Source: Eledone cirrhosa (lineage: Eukaryota). From it: 64,000 nt of DNA. Position 1 is the stretch's first letter, and every line of letters starts with the position of its first letter. Shown here in pieces: positions 1-12,850 of the stretch. The translations under genes and the position numbers were made by a program. The notes beneath the pieces were generated by a model. The model saw nothing but the letters and a program-made list of their open reading frames with translations, was not told the origin of the DNA and made no database searches. The stretch covers positions 6,448,001 to 6,512,000 of the forward strand of contig OZ024753.1 of assembly GCA_964016885.1 (NCBI GenBank), written 5' to 3'.

Positions 1-3
1 ATA

Positions 4-39
<36 letters not shown>

Positions 40-112
40 ATATATATATATTATATATATATTATATATATATTATATATATATATTATATATATATTAT
101 ATATATATATAG

Positions 113-167
<55 letters not shown>

Positions 168-281
168 ATATATATATATATATTATATATATATATATAT
201 ATTATATAAATATATATATATATTATATATATATTATATATATATATTATATATATATTATATATATATTATATATTATAT

Positions 282-316
<35 letters not shown>

Positions 317-425
317 ATATATATATATTATATATATATTATATATAGATATATATATATATATTATCATATATATATTATATATATATATATTATATAT
401 ATATTACTATTATATATATATATAT

Positions 426-477
<52 letters not shown>

Positions 478-539
478 ATATATTATATAATATATATATA
501 TATATATTATATAATATATATATATATTATATATATATT

Positions 540-575
<36 letters not shown>

Positions 576-594
576 ATATATATATATATATATA

Positions 595-680
<86 letters not shown>

Positions 681-747
681 ATATATTATATTATATATAT
701 ATATATTATATAATATATATATATAATATATATATTATATATATATA

Positions 748-789
<42 letters not shown>

Positions 790-801
790 TAATATTATAT
801 A

Positions 802-872
<71 letters not shown>

Positions 873-1272
873 ATATATATATTATATATAAATATAATAT
901 ATAATATATATATATATATATAATATATATATATATATATTATAATATATATATATATATTTATATATATATATATATATTATATATATATATTATATAT
1001 ATATAATATATATATATTTATATATATATATATATAATTATATATATATATTATATATATTTATATATATATATATTTATATATATATTATATATATTAT
1101 ATATATATATTATATATATTATATATATATATATATTATATATATATATTATATATATTATATATATATATATATTATATATATATATTATATATATTAT
1201 ATAATATATATTTATATATATATTATATATATTATATATATATATATTTATATATATATATATTATATATAT

Positions 1273-1304
<32 letters not shown>

Positions 1305-1865
1305 ATATTTATATATATATATTATATATTATATATATTTAATATATATATTATATATATTATATATATATATATTTTATATATATATTTATATATATTT
1401 ATATATATATATTATATATATATATTATATATATTTATATATATATATTATATATATTATTTATATATTTATATATATTATTATATATTATATATATATA
1501 TATTTATATATATATATTATATATATTATATATATTTTATATATATTTTATATATATTATATATATATATATTTATATATATATATTATATATATTATAT
1601 ATATTTATATATATATTATATATATTATATATATATATATTTATATATATATATTATATATATTATATATATTTATATATATATTATATATATTATATAT
1701 ATATATATTTATATATATATATTATATATATTATATATATTTATATATATATTATATATATTATATATATATATATTTATATATATATATTATATATATT
1801 TATATATATATTATATATATTATATATATATATATTTATATATATATATTATATATATATATATT

Positions 1866-1899
<34 letters not shown>

Positions 1900-1902
1900 A
1901 TA
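1..1902. repeat. Degenerate (TA)n microsatellite with TAT/TAA interruptions (truncated by the window start)
   Basis: Almost pure A/T alternation for 1.9 kb. Confidence 0.97.
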
Positions 1903-2700
1903 GTGAAAAATTGAAGAATAACATGGTCGGCTGTACAAAAAAGGTTTATTTCTAGTATTAACAATGGTGTCATCGATCAGGGGAGACTAAAGGCCGCTGA
2001 CCACTCGAAGTTGCGTCACTCGACCTTAAATACAGTGTTTACCTCTGATCAAATCATCGGAATACTGGAGTTGAAGCAATAATGTGGTGTGACACCACAT
2101 TATTGCTCCAGCTGGAGCACCATTCCTTTATAGCCAGCTCATGGACATTTCAGCCGACCCTCGTGAATCAATTAGTTTATTCTTAGAGAGAGAGAATACA
2201 TCCCACCAGGTTATTTGTATAAATGTGTACAGCTTTTCAATCCGTATTTATCAATTCAAATTTTACTAGTCTACATCATCATATATGCTTAAATGTTAAG
2301 GAGAAATATGAGTGCACTATAAATCATATTGCACTGGAATCCCAGCGGTAAATCATATAGGTTGAAATTAATCGTTATATTAACAGAGCGAAAGAACGTA
2401 CGTTGTTCTCCACCACAAAATAAGCAAACATTTATAGGGATTACATATCTGTGAAAAGTACAATTATAGCGATAACATATCAGAAAAATCCGATAAGAAT
2501 TATACTAATTTCGTATTTGTATGCAAGGATGGGGACTGGAGGGTATGAACCGTTGAGTTTTCAAATATAAATTTGATAATAATTTGTAGAATTTGTCATC
2601 TACCTTCCACCTTGTGAAGATTAGCTTTCTAAACTGATGCAAATCTATATTTCATAGACACAAATACAAAATAGGTTCACATGCCACGAAGAATTTTAGT
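1903..2700 (-). mobile_element. Decayed Penelope-like element 3' region (possible GIY-YIG remnant followed by a pLTR with hammerhead)
   Basis: Minus-strand translation near 2400-2480 reads YNCTFHRYVIPINVCLFCGGEQ, resembling the PLE GIY-YIG C..(VIY)..CxxC..Q(YIG) start; hammerhead motif lies downstream on the same strand. Confidence 0.4.
1954..2066 (-). ncRNA. Degenerate type-I hammerhead ribozyme motif
   Basis: Minus strand: stem I AGTATT/AATACT; core CCGATGA (U4C); U-U then stem II TTGATCAG/CTGATCGA; GACAC in place of GAAAC; GTT at the cleavage triplet. Confidence 0.55.
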
Positions 2701-2721
2701 TATAAAGATAAAAAGGAACCA

Positions 2722-2941
2722 TATATATATATAGACACATATATATACACATATACACACACATATATATACACATATATATGCATATATATATATATAT
2801 ACATACATATATATATATATATACATACACATATATATATGCGCATATATATACATATATATATATATATGCGCATATATATATATACACATATATATAT
2901 ACACACATATATATACATATATAGACACACATACACACACG

Positions 2942-2976
<35 letters not shown>

Positions 2977-3002
2977 TAATATATATATAATATATATATA
3001 TA
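2722..3002. repeat. Mixed (TA)n/(CA)n microsatellite
   Basis: Direct reading; source of the spurious Y/I/C/V ORFs. Confidence 0.95.
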
Positions 3003-3489
3003 ATCACCCTTTTTCCAGTTCAAATTAATTAGATATCATATTCTCCACCTTAGAGTATTTTTCTCCAGAGTATGACCTGTATATCTGCAAAAGAATTTTC
3101 TGCTGCTAGATAAAGATACGTATCTTAAATTTTCCTCATTAGTGAAGAATTTGTTAAAGTTAAAACAAATTTAGCTTTCAGCAATTTTTAAAAGTTTTTC
3201 TGTTTTGTATTATTTTGTCTTCCTCTTTAGTAGTTTCCTTTGAATTTCGGTAAATATATATATATTTGTTTTTCTGAATGTTTTCCCTTTTATTCCAAAA
3301 ACGAAAACTTCCTGCCGTGAGATAACGAAATTAAAAACTTCTTCACCGAAATCAGTAAAAATCTAAGTATTAAGAAATAAGAAAGAAAATCATGATGCTA
3401 AAGTATAATTAACTACTTTTTCTAAACACTTTCTTTCTTCTTCATCTCTTTCTCTCTCTCTCTCAGCCACCCATACACATTTTTCTCTC

Positions 3490-3737
3490 ATCGCTTACAC
3501 ACATTCTCACTCTCTCTATCTCTCTCACTCTCTCTATCTCTCTCTATCTCTCTCACTCTCTCTCTCTCACTCCTACAGCTCTCTCCCTCTCTCTCTCACC
3601 CCTACATCTCTCTCCCTCTCTCTCTCACCCCTACATCTCTCTCCCTCTCTCTCTCACCCCTACATCTCTCTCCCTCTCTCTCTCTCACCCCCTACATCTC
3701 TCTCCCTCTCTCACTCATCCCTACAACTCTCTCTCTC
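3490..3737. repeat. (CT)n-derived minisatellite, ~29-31-bp unit CTCTCTCTCACCCCTACATCTCTCTCCCT, ~6 copies
   Basis: CCCTACATCTCTCTCCCT recurs at ~30-bp spacing from 3571 to 3730. Confidence 0.85.
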
Positions 3738-3865
3738 GTTCTTACTAACTTTTTTCTGCCAGCGTCATTTTATCCTCTTTCTCCTTTCTCCCTCCCTATC
3801 TCTCTCTTTCTCCTTCCCTACCTGCCTCTATCTCTAAGAAATTATACAACTATAAACACACCAAC

Positions 3866-3904
<39 letters not shown>

Positions 3905-4271
3905 TCTCCAACTGGGATACATGATGATAACAATTTTGACTAAATTCAATATCATAAAATAGTTTTTTGTTTCCCTACTCCCACTTGAATTTTTTCTGTA
4001 TATTTTCATTGAGTTACATATCGATTTATTTTAATTTTTTTTTATAATTTGCAATCAATTTTTCGTTTAGTTATTTTGACTGCATTTAAGATAATTAATT
4101 TCTTGCGAAGAAAACTTTTCAAAATACATATTAGATTATAAAATTTCAATTTCTTTATATTTTTATATCTTAAACGGAGTGTGTTTTGTTTGTCTTCATT
4201 ATTTTAACATATTTCTTTCCAATGAAATTTCATTTCACATAATATTGTAAATCATATTTGTATTTGTTTAT

Positions 4272-4690
4272 ATATATAAAATCCTGGAGGGACTAGTACG
4301 TAACTTTGGCATTGCGAGCTGGACCAACCGTCAAACAGAACGTCACTGTGTGATGCCAAAGCTCCCGTCTTCCACTTCTAGAATAAGGAGCAGATATTGC
4401 AATAGCCTGGGATTCAAGGGCCCTCAACTCTTCAACAAGCTGCCGAGGGATCTGAGAGATCTGCATGGGGTGGAGGTGGATGTCTTCAAGAAACATCTCG
4501 ACACCTTGCTATCCAGGAGCCCGGATGAGCCCACAGCAAGGCACGGGGGAAACCTAAGGGCAGCAGCAACAAACTCCCTCTTACACCAGCGACCAACCAA
4601 TACAGGCGGGAGATAAAATGTATAGCAACAAGGGCGGTGTCCCAGCATGGCCTCAACCGGATGGCTGGAACAGGTAAAACAGTAATATCT
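4272..4690 (+). mobile_element. 3' fragment of a CR1/L2-group LINE (ORF2 C-terminus and 3' UTR)
   Basis: ORF 4350-4616 contains GPQLFNKLPRDLRDL..VDVFKKHLDTLL..PDEP..RAAATNSLLHQ, typical of invertebrate CR1-like ORF2 ends; 3' UTR GGCGGTGTCCCAGCATGGCC. Confidence 0.8.
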
Positions 4691-4921
4691 AACGTATGTA
4701 TGTATATATTTGTATATGTATATATTATTTCATAAATAATACTAAATAAAAACCTAGAAACATATTTCTTGTTGAGGATAGGTTTCAAAATGTTCAATTA
4801 AAGATTACTTACTTAAAGAGTGCTTAGTGTTTATACACACACACGCACACTCATGTGTACATGCATTCACACGCATATAAATATATACATATATATGTAC
4901 GTTTATATATGTATATATATA

Positions 4922-4952
<31 letters not shown>

Positions 4953-4962
4953 GTGTATATAT

Positions 4963-5280
4963 AATAGGAAAAGATTCAGGACCCCCGATGGGTGAGCTCC
5001 GGTCGTTTCGACAGCTTAATCTGAACTAGCTGTGGTATCTTACCACACTTCCTTCGTTATGCATATAGGTACATATAATTTAGGGAATAACCAAAGAGTG
5101 CTTAGAAATACATTGTTTTATTTGCTAACAGTGTTTCATCCATACCCTATCGCAGGAATCATCAGAGTCTATAAACAAGAGTATATCAATAGTTGCATTC
5201 TCCATCAAGCTGCGTCACCAGAACAAGGTTAAAGGACCAGCAGAGTGATCCCGAGGCCAGCGCTATATAGAAAAAGACAC
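4963..5280 (-). mobile_element. Penelope-like pLTR fragments with hammerhead motifs
   Basis: 4977-5030 is homologous to the 23224-23275 arm; minus strand 5121-5170 reads CTGATGA-T-TCC...GGA-T-GAAAC-ACT-GTT. Confidence 0.55.
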
Positions 5281-6063
5281 AATACATGACGCACATAATG
5301 TCATCAAATTACATCAAAGATTTATCACGTAAATGGTGCAATAGATGATAAGGAGGTTGGGAGAGGGTAGCAAGGAATGAGTGAAGGTGTTACTCAGCAT
5401 GATCAAAAACAATAAAAAAAAACAACTAAAAAACAAAGCATAGATACATCAAAGCACACGCAGTGTAAATACAGGATGTACAGGCAGATTAAGAGAGCTT
5501 GCAAGCATGTGAGAAGAATAGTTGGTTAGCGGTGGTGCAGCTTTACATGTAGGATTGTCTATAGGAAGGATGGTGCACTCTAGTTATATTGTCTTGCAAC
5601 AGGTCGATTCTCCGTATCGTATCAGAACCCTACGAACCACATCCATTGGTTCCAGTTCCGGGCGTTAGGCGAGATAACACTATGTTTCCAAAACATATAC
5701 GAATAGGCAGTCAGCGATAAACCCCTAAAATCTAAAATAAAATAAAGTACGATAAGTTGAAGAAAGGTAGGGTATATGTACAGCCGGCACTCCAGTGAGG
5801 AAATTGAAAATACGACAGGTCCGCAATAATTGGCATCCCCCAAAGTCCTCACGTTCGGTCACTCAACCCAACGTTCCAAGTGAATTTCACTGTATAGCCG
5901 ATTCAGCATCGAACCAAAGTGTCAAACCGTATACAATTATATCACAGTAAATGTAAATCGTGATGGCTATCCCGTCAGATAGACAGAGAGTGTATATATA
6001 GAAAACTCCCCTTCCGGAATTACCTACGGCAGAGTGAAGGAAAATCATATATATATATATATA

Positions 6064-7460
6064 TGGAGTTACCTCATAGCTGTTATCACTCCCAGGTCTT
6101 CTTTGGTCGAGAGTACTAGTACCTGTCAGGGCCCCATTTATGGGTTAAATAATTACCTTATTCGAGTGGCGCCGGTAAGGTATTATTAGTCATTGAAAAG
6201 AACCATGGATAGTGTATGTAACAGTACTAGCGTTTGAGCCCCTAGCTACACTGTCAAGGAACTGTCTGGTCATTATCGTTCTGTTGGTTTAGAACCACAA
6301 ACAGAGCCAGTGGATGGTGGATCAAATATAAAGAATACAGTTTTGTCCTGCAGAAGAGCCATTAAAATCGGCACTCTGAATGTGAGATCTGTTCGGACGC
6401 TTGAGAAGAGAGAGGAGTTGGGACATCTGTTCGAGTAAAGTGGTATACAGTTACTTGCGATCCAAGAACACAGGATCCTACATGATGAGCCCGTGAAGAG
6501 AGTGGTGATATGAAAGAGGAGCCAGCTCATCCCCACATCGGCAGTGAGGCACACAACTAATGCTGAAGTAGGAAGAGTGGGTTTTGTGTTCAGTGCAAAG
6601 ACCAATTTATTAGTGAGGGAAATCATACCTGTCTCTCCGAGAGTTTTGAGGGTGACCTTCAATGGAAACGCAAGACTGACAGTCATCTCAGCCTATAGTC
6701 CAGCCGAGGGAGACAGTGATGTGAGTGCAGAGGAGTTCCATGAGGAGGTGTGTAGAGCTGTCAATACCACACCAGCTCATAACATCCTGCTTGTTCTGGG
6801 TGACTTCAATACCCATCTGAGTAAAGAGAGCGGTGAAGATCCTTGCTGGTACTTCCATAATAACACCAACCGAAATGGGAGACTACTGAGGGACACCCTG
6901 CTGGAGGCAAACTTGATGGCAAGATGTGGACCTACTTTTCCGATATGAACCTGTCCAAGTCCCAGATTGATTTCATTCTGGTGAGGAAAAAGTGGCGGAA
7001 TAATGTTCTGAACCCAGAACCATACAACTATTTAAGTACACTGGGCAGTGACCACCGGCTTGCTATGAGTGAGGTCCGGATGAGCTCAAGAAATCTATGA
7101 TTGGGGCCTTTCAAGGAAGATGATAAGAAGCTACAGGAGAGGTACAAAGTAGAAGTGAGGAACAGGTTCAGTGATCTGTGTGGAGAGGAAGAAGAGAGAG
7201 AGATTGGAGGAACTGATGAAACTGTGTCGAGAACACCTCCAAAGCTGCCAAGGTCCAATTCCATGCTGATCCTACGGCAGAGAGGAAGGAGAATATGAAG
7301 GTAATGTAAGAAGTACTATGTGGGGCTTACACCGAGGCCAGAGAGGAGGCGATGATAGAGAAGATTAGAAGTGTGGAATGAGCGGTTGACAGGTCTAGGT
7401 GTAAGGAGACCTGGACGATCATCAACGAGATCACAGGAAGGAAGAGAGGGAGTTCAAGTT
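6064..7460 (+). mobile_element. 5' part of an RTE-like LINE: 5' UTR, APE endonuclease and linker (stops, frameshifts, deletion)
   Basis: IKIGTLNVRS, LAIQEHR, VISAYSP, LGDFN, NRNG, QIDFILV and GSDHRL are APE motifs; linker homologous to 31960-32240 and 32660-32880. Confidence 0.9.
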
Positions 7461-7612
7461 ATTTTGTTACTATTTTCTCATTATAATATTCTTTGTTCTT
7501 GCTCTTTAATATATTGCAATTAATATTAACAATTATAATTAGTCTTCTCACATATAATATATGCTGTTATATGTTCTAATGATTAGGAATATATTTGTGT
7601 TAACCTTTTATA

Positions 7613-7659
7613 TGCTCCGATGAAACCAGACCTGTGTCTGTATGAAACGATCGTAAGCA
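7613..7659 (+). ncRNA. Minimal type-I hammerhead ribozyme with palindromic stem III (PLE-type)
   Basis: TGCT-CCGATGA-AACCAGAC(CTGT)GTCTGTAT-GAAAC-GATC-GTA-AGCA; stem I TGCT/AGCA; self-complementary ACGATCGT. Confidence 0.7.
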
Positions 7660-8054
7660 ATTAAATGCCTTAAACACAATTTGATTGTTATTTATTATTT
7701 TGTATTTCTGCTCTGTAGTATATATGATATTTTACATTGAACTACTTATCTTGAACTACAATATTACCCTTATCTTATTTATATTTCTATATATAAATAT
7801 AACTATTACTAAATTTATTTTTATATATTTACTTCCTTAATAATGTATCGTTTCATTTATGACAGTCTAATAAAATATATTTTTAGACACTTCATTGAAA
7901 AGATCTTACGCCCCTTCCTACCACTCTTATTATTATATGCTCACTTGCTACTTAAAATTTATATACTTTAACATTTGTATCACTATATTCCTCTGCATAG
8001 GTATCGACATATGTCTGCGTTTATTTGTATGTTGTGTACGTATATATATATATA

Positions 8055-8476
8055 CGGTGGGGCTGGATCGAGGGGACGGCAAAAGACCAGATGGCATCGT
8101 CCCGTTCCGCAGTGGCAAACCCCTCGTATGTGATGCCACTTGCACCGACACTTTCTGCAGCCGCAACTTGGTGCAGTCTGCGACTGACCCAGGTTCTGCT
8201 GCACGTCGTGCTGAGGAGGCCAAACTCCTCAAATACCGGTCGCTCTTCGACAGGTTTGCGGTCGTACCCCTGGCTGTGGAGACTTCTGATGTCCTCGGCC
8301 CCAGGACTACCTCCTTACTCACCACCATAGGCACTGAGCTTACCGGCCGCAGGTGTGAGCCCCGCGAGTGGGAGTGGCTTTTCCAGCCCGTCCTCCTTTC
8401 TGTCCTCCGGGGAAACGCCTTCTCCATTCTGTCCGCCGGGGGTGTGGGTGGGCCGCATCGCGTATCATTTTTGTAA
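8055..8476 (+). mobile_element. CRE-clade non-LTR retrotransposon 3' fragment (restriction-like endonuclease)
   Basis: GLDRGDGKRPDGIVPF..GKPLVCDATCTDT..AEEAKLLKY..PLAVETSDVLGP..LFQ..VLRGNA: RPD-(D)xT REL signature. Confidence 0.85.
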
Positions 8477-9130
8477 ATATCACAACAATCTATCCAACCA
8501 AAACAAAATTGCATCTGTTATTACTGATAATGCACAGGCTGTATGATGTCAAGGGAGGTCACTTTATTTATACTACTCCACTACCAAAGGTTTCTGGATC
8601 GCAGACGATAATAATATATACGCCTGTGATCCAGAAACCTTTGGTAATGGAGTAATTATATTTTGTGTTGTTCACTTTCTAATTAAATAGCTCTGTTCTA
8701 TACGTAGAGCACTCTTTTTCCTTTGCTTTTTCTTTGGAATTACATAACACTAACACACATATATATATATTTATTAAAATAACAGATTAAAGTTTAAGAA
8801 AAGAATCGCCGCTTTCACCCTTAACGGGATCTTCCTTATCGAGCCCTCTTTCGATTTTAGTCTTCACATTTATTATGATTACTATATATATGTATGTGGG
8901 TGTGTCTATGTATGTGTGTGTGTGTATATGTATGTGTATGTGTGTGTATGTGTATGTGTGTATGTGTGTGCATATGTATGTGTTATATATATATAATTTA
9001 TGTATATATATATATATGTAAGAGTTTATATAGATGTATGTATGTAGGTTTTAAGATGTTCCTTTCCTTTTAACTCAGCCTCACTGTTATTTTTAATAGA
9101 TATCATTTTCTAAATTTATATCTAAAGCAT

Positions 9131-9300
9131 AATTGTTGTCTGACGAACGAGCTGGATGTATCTTACAAGAACCAAAAATCATCTAGTTTCTTGAAAACTT
9201 CGGTAATGAAATAATTACATTGGGTTGTTTATTACGTCATTAAATAGCTCTGTACAATACATAGAGCACTCTTCTTTCCTTTACCTCTTCTACGAAAACA
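9131..9300 (+). ncRNA. Hammerhead-bearing short repeat, copy 1 (others at 9622-9730, 10030-10110, 29640-29735; partial at 13745-13852 minus and 8640-8745)
   Basis: CTGACGA..stem II..GAAA-ACTTCG-GTA-ATGAAATAATT; sister copies have GAAACCTTCGGTA and GAAACCTTGGGTA. Confidence 0.6.

Positions 9301-9303
<3 letters not shown>

Positions 9304-9379
<76 letters not shown>
9304..9379. repeat. (CA)n microsatellite
   Basis: Pure CA run. Confidence 0.98.
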
Positions 9380-9381
<2 letters not shown>

Positions 9382-9382
9382 T

Positions 9383-9575
9383 GTCGGTGAGCATGTCCAG
9401 CTAACCTCAGTCTCCTCTAGAAGAGGAAGACCAAGGTTAACGTATGTTAATGCCCTAAGGACAGATACTGGTCTGTTGGAGACGCAGGACATGGCAGCGA
9501 TAATGAGGGACAGAGACCCTGGAGAGAACTCGTCCATGGATCTCGGGAATTTTACCCGCCTTAGAATAGAAATAG
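9383..9575 (+). mobile_element. RTE-like LINE 3' end with a short inverted 5' segment
   Basis: 9419-9563 matches the reverse complement of 30401-30548; 9383-9418 matches 30611-30646 on the same strand, so it is antisense to the element. Confidence 0.85.
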
Positions 9576-10126
9576 AATATATATATAAATTGTGTGTATG
9601 TGTATGCGTGTGATATGTATTGTTTTGTTTTATCTGACCAACGAGCTGGACGTTTCTTGCAAGAATCATCTAGTTTCTTGAAACCTTCGGTAATGAAATA
9701 ATTACATTGTGTTGTTTATTATGTAATTATATTAAAAGAATATATATATAGATACATATGTGAGCGTGTGTGTGTCTGTATGTGTTGTTCTTGTGACCAG
9801 GTGTGTTAGAGAGAGAGAATGTGCATGCTTACATACACGTATCCTTAAGGGTATATTCGAACAATGAAATATTCTGGGCGGAAGTCTGTGTAGTGGTCGC
9901 AGCAAACATTCAGATATTGTGTTTGCACCTAAATCATTCAAACATTGATTAGAATATATTTAGATTTAAAGAACACAATATAATTATTCGATTACCTAAT
10001 GTTCCACAAAGTAAGACGATTCTAACAGATAGAAATTTGATGAGCGATATCGGACGTTTCTGTTAGAATCGTCTAACTTCGTGAAACCTTGGGTAATGAA
10101 ATAATTATATTGTATCTTTATTACGA

Positions 10127-10310
10127 TTGGCAGTATCGGTGGAGCATCGAACAACATGATTTGCAGCATAGAGTTACGGACCATCACGGTTTGAGTTCAA
10201 ATCCCGCCGAGGTTAACTTTGCTTTCATCCTTACTGGGTTGATAAAATAAAGTACCAGTAATGCCCTGGATTAATTGCTCTCCTTGTGCCAAAAGTAGAA
10301 ACAATTATTA
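10127..10310 (+). mobile_element. tRNA-derived SINE, family 1
   Basis: A-box TGGCAGTATCGG, B-box GAGTTCAAATCC, core GCTTTCATCCTTAC..GATAAAATAAAGTACCAG, tail GTAGAAACAATTATTA. Confidence 0.9.
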
Positions 10311-10651
10311 AATAGCTCTGTACTATATTTAGATTTACTTTACATAAAACTCACCAACAAATAACTAAATCTATATTTTCATTAGGTATATAATTATAAC
10401 CATATCTTGCGAGTTGCTACATTGATTATAGGTTTCTCCTTTAACGATGATTGTGTTAAAGATTATATTTAATCCTTGATATAAATACTGAAATTATTCA
10501 CACTTATTTAAGCGTATAATTGTCTTCTGTCTGCTTTCCTTAAATTACACATATCAAATCAAATAACGTATTCAAATTATTTGAGGAAGCAACATTTTCA
10601 TAATTTACTGACATTTTCTGACATTTTCTTAATGAATTAATTTAGTCTGAA

Positions 10652-10945
10652 TGTGTCTTTGCCATACAAACACTGGCATCGCAGCCGGCATCGAAGAAGA
10701 ACGGAAAATAAACAGACACCGGGGTTTGTCCGGTCAATTCCTCTTCGTACCGGTTGCCGTCGAGACCTCAGACGTACTTGGACCCCGTACTGCCGAGCTC
10801 CTTCGCAAGATCGGAGCGTCGGCAGCCCGTCTGAGGAGGGTGCCCCGCGAGGTTGGGTGGCTGTTGCAGCGGGTGTAACTGGCCATCGTCCAGGGGAATA
10901 CTTTTGCCGTCTTGTCCGCGGGACGCAGCACTCCTTGCCCTAGGC
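10652..10945 (+). mobile_element. CRE-clade 3' fragment (second subfamily)
   Basis: EERKINRHRGL..FVPVAVETSDVLGPRTAELLRKIG..WLLQRV..QGN. Confidence 0.8.
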
Positions 10946-11360
10946 CCAAATACTAATCAGCCTCCCCCCTCACTCCCCTCTCTGGCTATTGCCATCCCTT
11001 CCTTTTTCCGTTCTTTTTGTTCTCTCTTTCTCTAATTTTTTTTTCTATATTTCTCTATTTTTTCTCTCCTTTTGCCCCACCACTTTTTATTTTACTAAAT
11101 AAGATTTCTTTTTTTTTTTTTTGCTTTTGAATAAAGTTATGGAATATTTGTTAAAATTAATTATATATATGTATAATTTCATGCCTGATTAATTTCCGAT
11201 ACTTTAAATACATAGTCAGAAAACGTAAATTCATACATTAGAACTGGTTATATTCTACAGTAAATTATATTACGGAAAAAACTTGCTTTCGTAGAAAGAT
11301 AGATATTTGTATCATAAAATAACAAACACGATTCTGTATTATTACATTATTTTATTCAAC

Positions 11361-11627
11361 ATCAACTCGTGGTGTGAGTAGGTTATGCCTGGAAGGAAGG
11401 TTGACTAGTAAGAGAAGTAGAGGCCAGCAGCCAAAACGATGACTTGACAATGTCAATTTATGGACTGGACTTGATATTTGCTCTTTGAACTCTGCTGCTG
11501 GTGATCGAACTTTGCGGAAAGTGATATCACATTTTAATTAGCAATCTGCAATTGGCGGAGTTTAGCGTTACAAGAACTTTTAGCTAGGCACTTCTCCTGC
11601 AGTTGCCTCATGAAGAAGAGAGCATCC
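11361..11627 (+). mobile_element. RTE-like 3' end (homologous to 28540-28757) followed by a minus-strand RT fragment (TDALFFMRQLQEK)
   Basis: High nucleotide similarity to 28540-28757; 11578-11627 minus encodes the RTE RT motif TDAxFxxRQLQEK. Confidence 0.8.
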
Positions 11628-11696
<69 letters not shown>

Positions 11697-11854
11697 ACTC
11701 TCCCGTCGATATCCGACGTATGAGTGTCCAGCAAAAGTTAAATGTGAGAAAGTGAAGTGATGTGGAAGTGGTGAAGGGTTGTGTGGGACCAACCACAGTT
11801 TTTGGAACTGACAACACATATCTACGGTGTAAATTTTTGCCACGGAAAATATGA

Positions 11855-12104
11855 CAGCCCTCAGCTTTTTATGCCGCGGAGTTTAGCCTCTCCGTATAAA
11901 AATAAAAAAAAAATATTTGGATGGCCGTTGACTCTGCTGAGTTCCTCCGCCATTTGCCGGGTCTTGTATTTCATCCAGCAGGTGTCCAAATATCACCCTC
12001 TTCACCAAGCAAGCTTGGTGGGTTACCTGTTCAGCCGCCGACGACCCGGCAATGAGACAGGTTGTACTGGGTTACATATTACCAGCGGCACCCGAGAGCG
12101 ACCA
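11855..12104 (-). mobile_element. Probable GC-rich 5' UTR of a non-LTR (RTE-like) element
   Basis: GC-rich structured island that begins right at a TA run; resemblance to RTE 5' UTRs is from memory only. Confidence 0.35.
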
Positions 12105-12139
12105 TATATATATATATGTATATATATATGGTCGCTCTA

Positions 12140-12184
<45 letters not shown>

Positions 12185-12185
<1 letters not shown>

Positions 12186-12613
12186 TAGCCGAATTACCCG
12201 CGCCTTGCTGCGTTTCACACACATTTTTTGTAAGAAAATGATGATTGATTTTAAACCAGTTACATAATTTATGGAGAAAAACTCTGCATTTCAATATTAC
12301 TCAATGAAAAATTGGAAAGCAATAATGTTTGTAATATATCAAGTCAAAATTACATTATTAAATCTTATTAGTATTTTGTTTCTTGTAAATAATTGTTTTC
12401 AAAATATCAATTCAAAACTTTTGTCATTTACCTATAATTTAAATTTCATATCAATCGAATGGAAAAAAATCTGACTTGCACTTTAGTTTTACACCATATT
12501 ATAGTTTGGCTTTATAGTATTGATTAGTGGTCTAAAGGCGATTGATTGGTAATATCGATTGAGCGTCGGAAAACATACTTCGCCGCTTAGGGCTACGGCC
12601 TTTTATTTAGAGA
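12185..12613 (-). mobile_element. Non-autonomous Helitron-like element
   Basis: Minus strand starts A|TCTCTAAATAAAAGGC and ends with GC-rich CGCAGCAAGGCGCG..GGCTAG|T. Confidence 0.6.
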
Positions 12614-12850
12614 TTTCAAATCCAACTGATGTTAGATTTTCATTTCATCCCTAGGGAGATGATAATATATAGTACCAGTAACGCACTGGGGTCAACTTAA
12701 TCCACGTTTCCCACCACCAAAATGTTGTCCTCGTGACTATATCAGAACCCAACATGTATATGTGTACTTGATAACTTAAATTATATATAATTCTTGGTTT
12801 GTAATTAATTATGCTAAACTTTGAGGGACGAATGAAAAGTTTACAAATTA

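Noticed and set aside
6064-6260. HDV-like or twister ribozyme at the RTE 5' end
   Set aside because: Hairpins exist (AATAATTACCTTATT/GGTAAGGTATTATT) but the catalytic consensus was not found
11990-12104. HDV-like ribozyme in the putative RTE 5' UTR (ACCTGT/ACAGGT, GCTGA)
   Set aside because: No room for P3-L3-P3; the double pseudoknot cannot be completed
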